Notes under the pieces: generated by a model | The model's input: only the letters and a program-made list of their open reading frames with translations | The model's database searches: none | Told to the model about the DNA's origin: nothing | IMG/VR virus record: IMGVR_UViG_3300043449_001732 | Span: 1 to 64,000 of that record | Strand: one strand, 5' to 3' | DNA length: 64,000 bases | From: a virus | Program-made: the position numbers and the translations under genes | Shown here: positions 56,779-64,000 of the stretch, piece by piece | How positions within the stretch are numbered: position 1 is the first letter of the stretch | Layout of the letters: each line of letters opens with the position of its first letter

Positions 56779-56807
56779 AGTCCTGGTCTGAGCAACCAGG
56801 ATTTTTT
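56779..56807 (+). terminator. intrinsic terminator
   Basis: TCCTGGT/ACCAGGA stem + T6. Confidence 0.8.
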
Positions 56808-56910
56808 ATGCGCCATAAAATTTTATGGCAGCAAAAATAAAAATACTGGAAATATAGACACAAGTTATAATTGACTTATGTGTTTTAATCGTTAGGTTGC
56901 GATTTTAAAT

Positions 56911-57558
56911 ATGTCAACTAGTAAGGCTGCTGAATACGAAAAAGCCAAGGCGGCTGTTGCAAAAGCAGCTGCTTATAAAGCCACTGCAGCACAAAAACCC
57001 GCTGCACCTGCATCAAAACCTACTGCAGAAAAACCTTCTGCACCCACAGCAAAACCCGCTGCACCTGCAAAGAAACCTTGGGTTCATCCTGGGGTTTCAT
57101 CGGGTTACGTTCAAGATCCTAAAGTTCAGTTAAAACAATTTATGGCTAAATCAGGAGCTAAAACTCCAGATGAAGCTTATAGACTTGAAGTAGCTGCAAG
57201 ATTAAAGGACCCTGCTGCTGCACATTACTTAGCAGGTGGTGAAGGGATATATCCTGAACGCAATTCAAACACCAGGATGTATTTAGAAGAGTTAACACAA
57301 GCAGAAAGAGACAAATACGAAAAAGATAAATATAAAACCGATAGGTACGTTGTGCCTCGTGATTACTGGTATGGCATTCCAGAGAAATATCGACCTACTG
57401 ATTGGGAAACACCAGAAGGGAAAACGTGGTTTGAGCCTCAACTTAAAGAATATGCAATGACAAAAGGCAATACTATTCCATTGCCTGCCAGAGGATCTCA
57501 AGAGTTTAAGGACGCGGCAAAGAAAGTTAGATACAGTGCTGGCAGGTGGACGTGGTAG
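56911..57558 (+). CDS. hypothetical protein with N-terminal K/P/A repeats
   Basis: 215 aa; AT-rich. Confidence 0.65.
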   Translation: MSTSKAAEYEKAKAAVAKAAAYKATAAQKPAAPASKPTAEKPSAPTAKPAAPAKKPWVHPGVSSGYVQDPKVQLKQFMAKSGAKTPDEAYRLEVAARLKDPAAAHYLAGGEGIYPERNSNTRMYLEELTQAERDKYEKDKYKTDRYVVPRDYWYGIPEKYRPTDWETPEGKTWFEPQLKEYAMTKGNTIPLPARGSQEFKDAAKKVRYSAGRWTW

Positions 57559-57613
57559 TACAATTAATGCCCTTAAAGTTTTAACTTTTAACTTTTTTGT
57601 GTATAATTAAATC

Positions 57614-57890
57614 GATAGAGGTCAGGTCCCTGCCTGCACACCTGATCCATCTACCTTGCGGTAACCTTGCCGTCCCGCGTTCTTTGATCGCCCCAGGGAG
57701 AAATAGGATTTAAGTCCTGGGTTTCCAGGCCAGGGGGATGGCCTTCCCTGCCCGTTTGATTCTCGGGTGCGCCCTCGACCCAAAAAGCGTGGCCGGAAAT
57801 TCCGTCTACGCTTAGGCAAGCGCAACGAATCAGCAACACCCCCTATGCTTAGCTCCGGGACGCCGGATGATGCACAAACCTGGGGGTCAC
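57614..57890 (+). ncRNA. unidentified structured ncRNA (~270 nt)
   Basis: TATAAT at 57602; GC-rich island with about 10 helices; no credible ORF. Confidence 0.6.
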
Positions 57891-57891
57891 T

Positions 57892-57962
57892 CAACCGGTA
57901 GTCCAGTGGCAGGACACCCCGACAAGGGAGTTAGATAGCTGGTTCGATTCCAGCACGGTTGA
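57892..57962 (+). tRNA. tRNA-like RNA with defective anticodon arm
   Basis: CAACCG/CGGTTG acceptor, T8A9, GTCC/GGAC D arm, GCTGG-TTCGATT-CCAGC T arm; no 5-bp/7-nt anticodon arm; no encoded CCA. Confidence 0.65.
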
Positions 57963-57978
57963 TTTTCAGTTAAATTTA

Positions 57979-58799
57979 TTAGTTGCCTAACGCGGATATA
58001 AAGTCTTCAGGAGAATCTACGGTAGCGTACACGTATTGTTTAGGATCTATTGGTGTTTTAATTTTTTGAAGTCTGGACAAACCTTGTTTTGCAATATCTA
58101 AAGCCATTTGAGGGTCTGTCATTAAAAAATCAGCAACTGCCCCCTGGTATATTTGCGCTTCTTCTTTTAACCCAGCCGCATGTAATCCGTCAGCTACTGC
58201 GCGAGAAATGTTAGCAGCTTTTTGTCTATCTGATCTAATTGGTTCCGATAAACCAAAATCAAGTTGAATAGGTCTTCCCGTCATTTTATGAAACATAATA
58301 TTTCCAGGATGTCGATCAGACAAAGAAACATTATTTAAAGCCAATACACTCATTTGTTTAGCTTGATTTAAATACTGTTGTTTGTTCAATTGGTCGTTTA
58401 AAGAAATATCAGCAGTTCCAGCTGGCGTGTAATTAGTCCTTAGGTCTTGCATTGTTATTTCTCCACGCATTGATGGATTGATACCAGGCTCTAACGGAAC
58501 AACAGTTTGTCCAATCCTTGGAGGCGCTAAAACAACAGACTCAATTGCAGGAGCAATTCCCAACTCAGCAGCTTTAGCCTGTAAGTTAATTTCATTTAAT
58601 AGTTTTTGTTTTTTTTCTAGTGCAATTTCTTTGGTTACTAAACCAGGCGAAGTTGCATATACCTCACTAAATTGGCCACTTCCAATTTTTTTTGTGCTCT
58701 CTTAGCTGCTTCAGCAGCCATTGCACGGACTTCTTCAGGACCAACTCCTGGGCGGACAGGCGGTTTTTTATTTAAAATATTTTTTATTAAATTTAACAC
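57979..58799 (-). CDS. protein-kinase-like protein, frameshifted at A8 (58686-58693)
   Basis: IGSGQFSEVY, VTK, NE, DRHPGN, DFG; kinase frame has TAA at 58702-58704 just upstream of the Gly-rich loop. Confidence 0.75.
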
Positions 58800-58834
58800 T
58801 TTATTGCTGCACTTGTTACAATTATAAACTAACC

Positions 58835-58910
58835 CACCTGGTCCGAGACAATTGGATAGTACGGTCACTGCCGCTGCAGGACGATGTAGGTTCGAATCCT
58901 ACCCAGGTGC
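58835..58910 (+). tRNA. tRNA-like RNA with shortened anticodon loop
   Basis: CACCTGG/CCAGGTG acceptor, AATTGGATA D loop, GTAGG-TTCGAAT-CCTAC; CTGC-cgct-GCAG in the anticodon position. Confidence 0.65.
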
Positions 58911-58939
58911 TTTATATTAAGAAGACTTGAGATGCTCAG

Positions 58940-59605
58940 ATGACAACACTGGTAGCCAACGTTCCACCAGTAAAGGTATGGGTGCGTCGTGAATACTTGC
59001 GTGACTTACATGACGGCCACGGTGAATACACCCCTGGCTATTGGGTAACATGCAAATCACTCACAGGTAGGGCTTTGTATTTTGAGACGTACCTTACCGA
59101 GTATGGTGCACTGTATGACAAGCTTCCCATCAGTGCTTTTCTTGCTTGGGACCCAGATCATCCCACCAAACCACAAGCACCTACACCCGACTTACCTTTG
59201 ACAGATCTTCAATTTTGGAACGGGTTCGACCACGGGCTTACCGTAGTCGAAAAGAACTTAATCTTTAACATGCACTTTGAGGTCTTGACACGCAGCGCAG
59301 GTGTAATAGGTGGCACATATTTGTTTACTATTGACAACTACCATCCTCATCGAAACGAACCCGACTTTTATTTCTCAGAATTTCCTGATGAACATAAATC
59401 ACATAACATTGTGGCTTTGGACAATGGTCAAATTGGTGCTTATCCCAACAATCGCTGCCGGATGGTCGATCCATCTTTAACCAACCATGAATTAAAGACA
59501 CCAGACTTTAAGGTATCTACGCGTTACTTTGATGTTGAACATGCACCTAAGTGGGGAAGGCTTGGTGAATCAGACGAATACTTCTGGAAAACGCCTAACG
59601 AATAG
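58940..59605 (+). CDS. conserved phage protein (VRREYL..HGE..GA.YDKLPISAF..YPNNR)
   Basis: motifs recalled from widespread aquatic phage hypotheticals. Confidence 0.75.
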   Translation: MTTLVANVPPVKVWVRREYLRDLHDGHGEYTPGYWVTCKSLTGRALYFETYLTEYGALYDKLPISAFLAWDPDHPTKPQAPTPDLPLTDLQFWNGFDHGLTVVEKNLIFNMHFEVLTRSAGVIGGTYLFTIDNYHPHRNEPDFYFSEFPDEHKSHNIVALDNGQIGAYPNNRCRMVDPSLTNHELKTPDFKVSTRYFDVEHAPKWGRLGESDEYFWKTPNE

Positions 59606-59635
59606 TTAGATCAGTTATATTTACTGCAGTAATGC

Positions 59636-59893
59636 TTGGCTTTGGTGCCAACTTCCAAGGAAATACTCCAGCGCAATAGACAAAAGTTTCTTGAGTACAA
59701 GAAGACTTTGAATTGCCAGCACTGTGGGTTGAATGATCATCGTGTCCTTGAGTTTCACCACGTTGGTGACAAGGACCATAACATATCAAATATGGTTAAT
59801 CACGGATACGGCTGGCGCCGCATCGAAGAAGAAATAAAGAAATGCATTCCGCTATGCTGCAACTGCCACAGGCTTGAGCACTGGAGTGATTAA
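59636..59893 (+). CDS. small HNH-like zinc-binding endonuclease
   Basis: C..CG..D...LEFHH...EI.KC..LC.NCHR..H. Confidence 0.8.
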   Translation: MALVPTSKEILQRNRQKFLEYKKTLNCQHCGLNDHRVLEFHHVGDKDHNISNMVNHGYGWRRIEEEIKKCIPLCCNCHRLEHWSD

Positions 59894-60444
59894 TTATTTC
59901 TAAGAGTAGCCTTAATTTGCCAAGCAGCTTTAAATGCTTGACCCGTTAAGTCGGCAAGGAAGTTTTGAATATCAATAGCTCCAACTTTAGAAGCAATAGG
60001 CTCTAGTTTTTTGGCTTTCATACCAAGTTCCTCAAGATTTTTGTAGTACACGCCAAGCATGTCAGCGCCCTTGTATGAAGTTACAGCTTGCATGGGAGGA
60101 GCAGCATCCTTAAGTCCACAACCACACATGGGCATCAGATAATCCATGCTGCGAACAAACTCAGCAAGGGTATCAAATTGCTCCAGGTGCGCCTCATACT
60201 GATCTTTTAGGAAGGCATGGACGCCTAAGAAGTTACCGCCCTCGTAGTTCAGGTGGATTAAATGTGACTGGGTCTCCAGTTCCTTGAGGTAAGCACACAG
60301 AGAGATGCACTGCTGGATGAATGCACCCACATCACCACCAGCCTTGGATTTGGCAGGGGCTTTTGGCTTGTCCTGGGGCTGAGGAACAGCTTGAACCTGG
60401 GGCGTTTCAGCAGGTTGATACTGTTGCGGAGCGGGAGCGTACAT
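59890..60444 (-). CDS. dps: Dps/ferritin-like protein
   Basis: H.N..G.NF..VH....QY......D.LAE ferroxidase pattern. Confidence 0.8.
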   Translation of the reverse strand: MYAPAPQQYQPAETPQVQAVPQPQDKPKAPAKSKAGGDVGAFIQQCISLCAYLKELETQSHLIHLNYEGGNFLGVHAFLKDQYEAHLEQFDTLAEFVRSMDYLMPMCGCGLKDAAPPMQAVTSYKGADMLGVYYKNLEELGMKAKKLEPIASKVGAIDIQNFLADLTGQAFKAAWQIKATLRNN

Positions 60445-60485
60445 AAGTCTTGACCAATAGTTCTAGTTTATCAGTCATTAACACG

Positions 60486-61805
60486 TCATCTTGATACCTC
60501 TTCCCAGTCCATAGCAGCTAACACTTGAGCACCGTTATCTTCACTGCTGCAAACCAAAGTTAATTCAGTTGTTGCACCCGTAAAACTATTACGTTCCAGC
60601 TGGAATTTAAACAATGCTTCCTTAAGGATGTCAACCACAGCGGATCCTTGGTTGGAGCCATTGGTAAAACCACTGGCAAGCACACGCCCAGTTCCGAGCG
60701 TAAAGGAAGAAGCATCAATTTTGTATTCAACGGATGAGTCGTCGCCTAAGTTTGACCAGGTGCCACCAGTCGTTGTGCCACCAACAATAACTTTCCAGTT
60801 ATAGCTAGCGTTATTGGTAATACCCATCAAAGATATTGCAGTTAAAATAACAATTGCATCTAGTCGAGTTGATTTAAGGCAAAGCGAAACAATTGGATAA
60901 ACAGTAGGTGCAGTCGTTAATGTATACGGCGTATCGACTGGGGTTCCGACTGCGTTTTGAGCACCCCTTAGCTCATAGCCACCTTCTGAAATAACTGTTG
61001 AACACACTTGTTTTAATGTGCTACTACTTGCAGTAGTACCAAGGTTTTCAATCTCATAACGAACCGGCAGTGATGCCGTTGTCATGTAAGTAGATGTAAT
61101 TAAATTTGCGTGGTGGAATGAATGGCAGTGTACAAATTGCCCATTAATTACAAACCCAGTACGCACAGTGCCAAGACCTAGCCATTCAATATCAGTCCAA
61201 TGAATTTGAGCCTTGGTGATATCAAGAGTAAAACCAGAAGGACCTTGTCCATCCAACGTATCAATATTCCAGTTTGCTTGAGACACTCGAGTCTCATTAA
61301 CAGAACCAGAAACTGAATTACGTTCAACAAAAGATGGCGCACTGGTACCGCTAACTTCTACGTAGATACCATTATCTGTTCCAAAATACCCAACGCGTTG
61401 ACGCAAGTTAGCTTTGCCAGAAGCCATGACAAACGTGTTCATAACCTGCAGGCTTTTCCCTGGCTGGTAAGAACATACCTTTGTCGTTTCCCTTAAAACT
61501 TTTGCACCAGATGCAGTGGTTACATTGAGATTAACTAATCCTTCGCCACTGCTAAATACGTAGGTGCCACCAGTTCCTGTTGAGGTAGCCCACAGACCAT
61601 TGTCTCGATACCGATGACTTGAGTCAAAGAGTGTTAATGGGGAGGATGTACGCAACCTACCAAATGCGTCACCAGCCGTACCCCCTGCTTGTACATATAC
61701 ATTAGTACCGCTAACCGTAGTTACTTCAAGCGGTTGACCACTGCAAGTTTGAACCTTAACTACTTCGTATAACGTGCTCGCATTTACTTCTCTATATACA
61801 GGCAT
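60486..61805 (-). CDS. putative virion structural protein (DAFGRLR.S.P.TLFD)
   Basis: 439-aa beta-rich protein; YQPGK and WLG.G motifs. Confidence 0.65.
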   Translation of the reverse strand: MPVYREVNASTLYEVVKVQTCSGQPLEVTTVSGTNVYVQAGGTAGDAFGRLRTSSPLTLFDSSHRYRDNGLWATSTGTGGTYVFSSGEGLVNLNVTTASGAKVLRETTKVCSYQPGKSLQVMNTFVMASGKANLRQRVGYFGTDNGIYVEVSGTSAPSFVERNSVSGSVNETRVSQANWNIDTLDGQGPSGFTLDITKAQIHWTDIEWLGLGTVRTGFVINGQFVHCHSFHHANLITSTYMTTASLPVRYEIENLGTTASSSTLKQVCSTVISEGGYELRGAQNAVGTPVDTPYTLTTAPTVYPIVSLCLKSTRLDAIVILTAISLMGITNNASYNWKVIVGGTTTGGTWSNLGDDSSVEYKIDASSFTLGTGRVLASGFTNGSNQGSAVVDILKEALFKFQLERNSFTGATTELTLVCSSEDNGAQVLAAMDWEEVSR

Positions 61806-61824
61806 TGAACTATTGAGTAGATAA

Positions 61825-62076
61825 TTACATTTTAGAACACGTAGTTCCCTTCTTTTTTTGTATATGTAACTTGCGCATTTCTTTATGACTCAAGCCACCG
61901 TAGTCCCGTGGTTCTGTCACAGGCAAACTTTTCATACCACATACGCCACAGTTACCTATGTGATAAGTGGCATAGTGACTTGGAGGACCGACGTAAGAAC
62001 TACCCTTGTACCAAAGACCGTGAGTCATCCCACAGTTATCACAAATCCATTCAGGGTAATACTCCTGCATCTTCAT
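61825..62076 (-). CDS. small zinc-finger protein
   Basis: C..CG ... C..CG ..TEPRDYG. Confidence 0.65.
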   Translation of the reverse strand: MKMQEYYPEWICDNCGMTHGLWYKGSSYVGPPSHYATYHIGNCGVCGMKSLPVTEPRDYGGLSHKEMRKLHIQKKKGTTCSKM

Positions 62077-62462
62077 TGTTTTTTACACCGCAGAAGATCA
62101 ACCAATTCTTGAGCTTTGTCATATTCTTTTTTGACCAGCTCAGCATTGTTATGTGCAGCAGTCAAGAAACATTCGAAGAGTTCAGCCCCTGACAGCTCAT
62201 TAAAAAATTCAGCAATTGTGTCAGCAAAATACTCAGTTGCTTTCTTTTTAAATTCAGTGGCATCTAGCTGCATTGAAGTAAGTTTCATCATGGTATCCCG
62301 CCATTCTGGCATGACGCTTGTGACATTGCTTGTATCATGAAGAGACTCACGTGAGTCTTTGGAGACACCCGGAGTATCCATCTCAGCAATCACGCGATTA
62401 GATCGATACCATTCTTGCCATTTGTTAATGGCGTCCATAGGTTCATCCACTTGGTTGTCCAT
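62073..62462 (-). CDS. hypothetical protein
   Basis: coupled ORF. Confidence 0.6.
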   Translation of the reverse strand: MDNQVDEPMDAINKWQEWYRSNRVIAEMDTPGVSKDSRESLHDTSNVTSVMPEWRDTMMKLTSMQLDATEFKKKATEYFADTIAEFFNELSGAELFECFLTAAHNNAELVKKEYDKAQELVDLLRCKKQ

Positions 62463-62525
62463 AATAAAAAAGAACGTACCACTAGTGTGGCACGTTCAAT
62501 AAGTATAAATTGTTCAACTTGAACT

Positions 62526-62876
62526 TCAGGCAGTTGCCTCAAGTTTTTTTTGTTTTTCTATCAGTTCTTCGTATTCTTTGACTGCGGCAAGCATTTCAAA
62601 GTACCGTTCACGCATCGTGGTACCTGCTTCGGTCATACAGAAACGCTGCCACAAACCTGTGTAGCAATGGTTGGTTGGTTTGTAGACCTGGTACAGGCGT
62701 TCCATGAAGTCAGCCTTCTTCTGTTCTTCAACCACGTCCCAGTTACGCAGTTGTTCCTTCAACCAAGGTGTATCGAATGCACCAGTGGTGTTCAGTTTCT
62801 TAAGAAGTTCTTCAGTCATTGGAATCAATTGCGGTGATGGAAGTGAAGACACCTTTGACGGCAGGGCTAGTTTCAA
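62526..62876 (-). CDS. hypothetical protein
   Basis: start probably MTEELL. Confidence 0.6.
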   Translation of the reverse strand: MKLALPSKVSSLPSPQLIPMTEELLKKLNTTGAFDTPWLKEQLRNWDVVEEQKKADFMERLYQVYKPTNHCYTGLWQRFCMTEAGTTMRERYFEMLAAVKEYEELIEKQKKLEATA

Positions 62877-63084
62877 AGAGGAGATCGTCTAGCTCATCCT
62901 GGAGAGCGATGGCAATATCCTGTGCAGTACGACCGCCAAAGCTGTCGTATTCAACCTCAAGATCAACCGCAAACGATACGGTTAGCCGAGGAACAATAAC
63001 GGGTTCCATTACTGGTAGTAAAGACTGAATTACTTTACAGCAACTTCTCCAAAGAGTGCACTTGATTTTGCTGATAGTAACCAA
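62812..63084 (-). CDS. hypothetical protein
   Basis: start probably MEPVIV. Confidence 0.55.
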   Translation of the reverse strand: MVTISKIKCTLWRSCCKVIQSLLPVMEPVIVPRLTVSFAVDLEVEYDSFGGRTAQDIAIALQDELDDLLFETSPAVKGVFTSITAIDSND

Positions 63085-63292
63085 GACGCTCTTGGATCAA
63101 ATGCGTGTAATTGATGGCAGCATCAACCATCTCAGTTGCGTCCATTGATGCAGCAAGGTTTTCATTTGCTAACATCCCTGCTGTTAACGCAGTAACTTGC
63201 CACTCAAGCTTGGTACCCACCAATGCGGGAAGAGGTGTCCCTGCCTGAGTGAAACCCGCCAGTAAATCAACCAGCTTACTTTCATCAGACAT
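63035..63292 (-). CDS. hypothetical protein
   Basis: GAGGTG RBS. Confidence 0.65.
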   Translation of the reverse strand: MSDESKLVDLLAGFTQAGTPLPALVGTKLEWQVTALTAGMLANENLAASMDATEMVDAAINYTHLIQERLGYYQQNQVHSLEKLL

Positions 63293-63327
63293 GGAACACC
63301 TCTTGTATCTATTTATTGTATGGCAAC

Positions 63328-63903
63328 TTATTTATCGCCACGTGCCAGGTAGTACCAGTAGGCACGGGCTGCGTTTTGGTGGAAGCGTTTACCAAGCAAA
63401 AGTTTAAGTTTCTTTTGCTCAAGCTCATCGACCTTATCGTTGTGATAAGGCACGGGCTCATCACCGTCACACAACATCGACATCTCCAGTTCATTCATTT
63501 GGATCTGGAGATTGAAGTCATCAACACTATGGTTGTGACATGACATGCGGATGTGTGCATCCTCGAGATCAGTCGGGGGTTCCAGCTTCTGGTAGAAGTT
63601 CTCCGAGATGTTTGGATGCCTCCAGATCCACTGACTTGTTTGAGAAGATGCGCTGGGAACGGACCGAGTATTCTTGGACAACTTTGACTCCGTGTGGTAG
63701 GTGCTGACCGGCTTGGTAGGCGTTGCGGATGGCATCGAGGTTTGGGAGAACTTCTTGTTTGGTTCGGGGTTCAGTCCTTTCGTCAAGGACTTCTCCTGAC
63801 ATTGAACGTACCACGATTCGTTTGGTTGTGGTTGTTTCTTGCTCAATGCAGAATTTGCTGCGTTCTTCAGTGTCCCAAAACTCTGGGTCTGACGTGATCT
63901 CAA
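63328..63903 (-). CDS. hypothetical coiled-coil protein (start uncertain, overlaps upstream gene)
   Basis: C-terminal ~100 aa look protein-like. Confidence 0.5.
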   Translation of the reverse strand: MRSRQTQSFGTLKNAANSALSKKQPQPNESWYVQCQEKSLTKGLNPEPNKKFSQTSMPSATPTKPVSTYHTESKLSKNTRSVPSASSQTSQWIWRHPNISENFYQKLEPPTDLEDAHIRMSCHNHSVDDFNLQIQMNELEMSMLCDGDEPVPYHNDKVDELEQKKLKLLLGKRFHQNAARAYWYYLARGDK

Positions 63904-64000
63904 CAGTTAACTCCTTCTTACGTATGAGGGTGAATTGATAATTGCGCCCACTGATCTTGTTGGAATCAGATGGCAGTGCACGCCGTAACCAATTTAGCAA
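63569..64000 (-). CDS. Siphovirus Gp157-like protein, 5' end outside the window
   Basis: P.LDAI..A...G..LP.GV.......VR C-terminal pattern. Confidence 0.6.
   Translation of the reverse strand: MLNWLRRALPSDSNKISGRNYQFTLIRKKELTVEITSDPEFWDTEERSKFCIEQETTTTKRIVVRSMSGEVLDERTEPRTKQEVLPNLDAIRNAYQAGQHLPHGVKVVQEYSVRSQRIFSNKSVDLEASKHLGELLPEAGTPD

Noticed and set aside
57614-57962. tmRNA (one- or two-piece)
   Set aside because: No Ala-type GGGG../..CCA acceptor with G3-U70 and no credible tag reading frame
58835-58910. tRNA-Sec or opal suppressor (TCA present) or tRNA-Arg(CCG)
   Set aside because: Neither triplet sits in a 7-nt loop after U33; no long variable arm

Overview
The window is a contiguous part of a tailed dsDNA phage genome, most likely a picocyanobacterial phage (Synechococcus/Cyanobium host inferred from hli-, nblA- and speD-like genes). 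From 1 to 4.1 kb is a minus-strand cluster of tiny early-type genes, many separated by recurrent structured RNA-like elements. An AT-rich non-coding switch at about 4.1-4.4 kb is a possible genome end. From 4.7 to 44 kb is a mostly plus-strand morphogenesis arm: Gly/Ala-rich putative internal virion proteins, terminase, portal, scaffold, major capsid, tail and tail-fibre genes, and four peptidoglycan hydrolases. From 44 to 64 kb is a mixed replication/host-takeover arm: iteron-like repeats, glycosyltransferase, SpeD, primase-helicase, exonuclease, homing endonucleases, Hli, methyltransferase, kinase, Dps and Gp157-like. No DNA/RNA polymerase, integrase, reverse transcriptase or CRISPR array was recognised. 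The most unusual signals are: (i) a family of stop-codon-anchored, tRNA-like three-way-junction elements punctuating the early genes; (ii) a ~270-nt structured ncRNA fused to a tRNA-like RNA, plus a second tRNA-like RNA, both with defective anticodon arms; (iii) a circularly permuted M23 peptidase; (iv) a 611-nt dual-coded portal/scaffold overlap; (v) tandem DD[YW]FD micro-protein paralogues; (vi) a kinase split at an A8 slippery run. All family calls come from motif recognition by eye; no searches were run.
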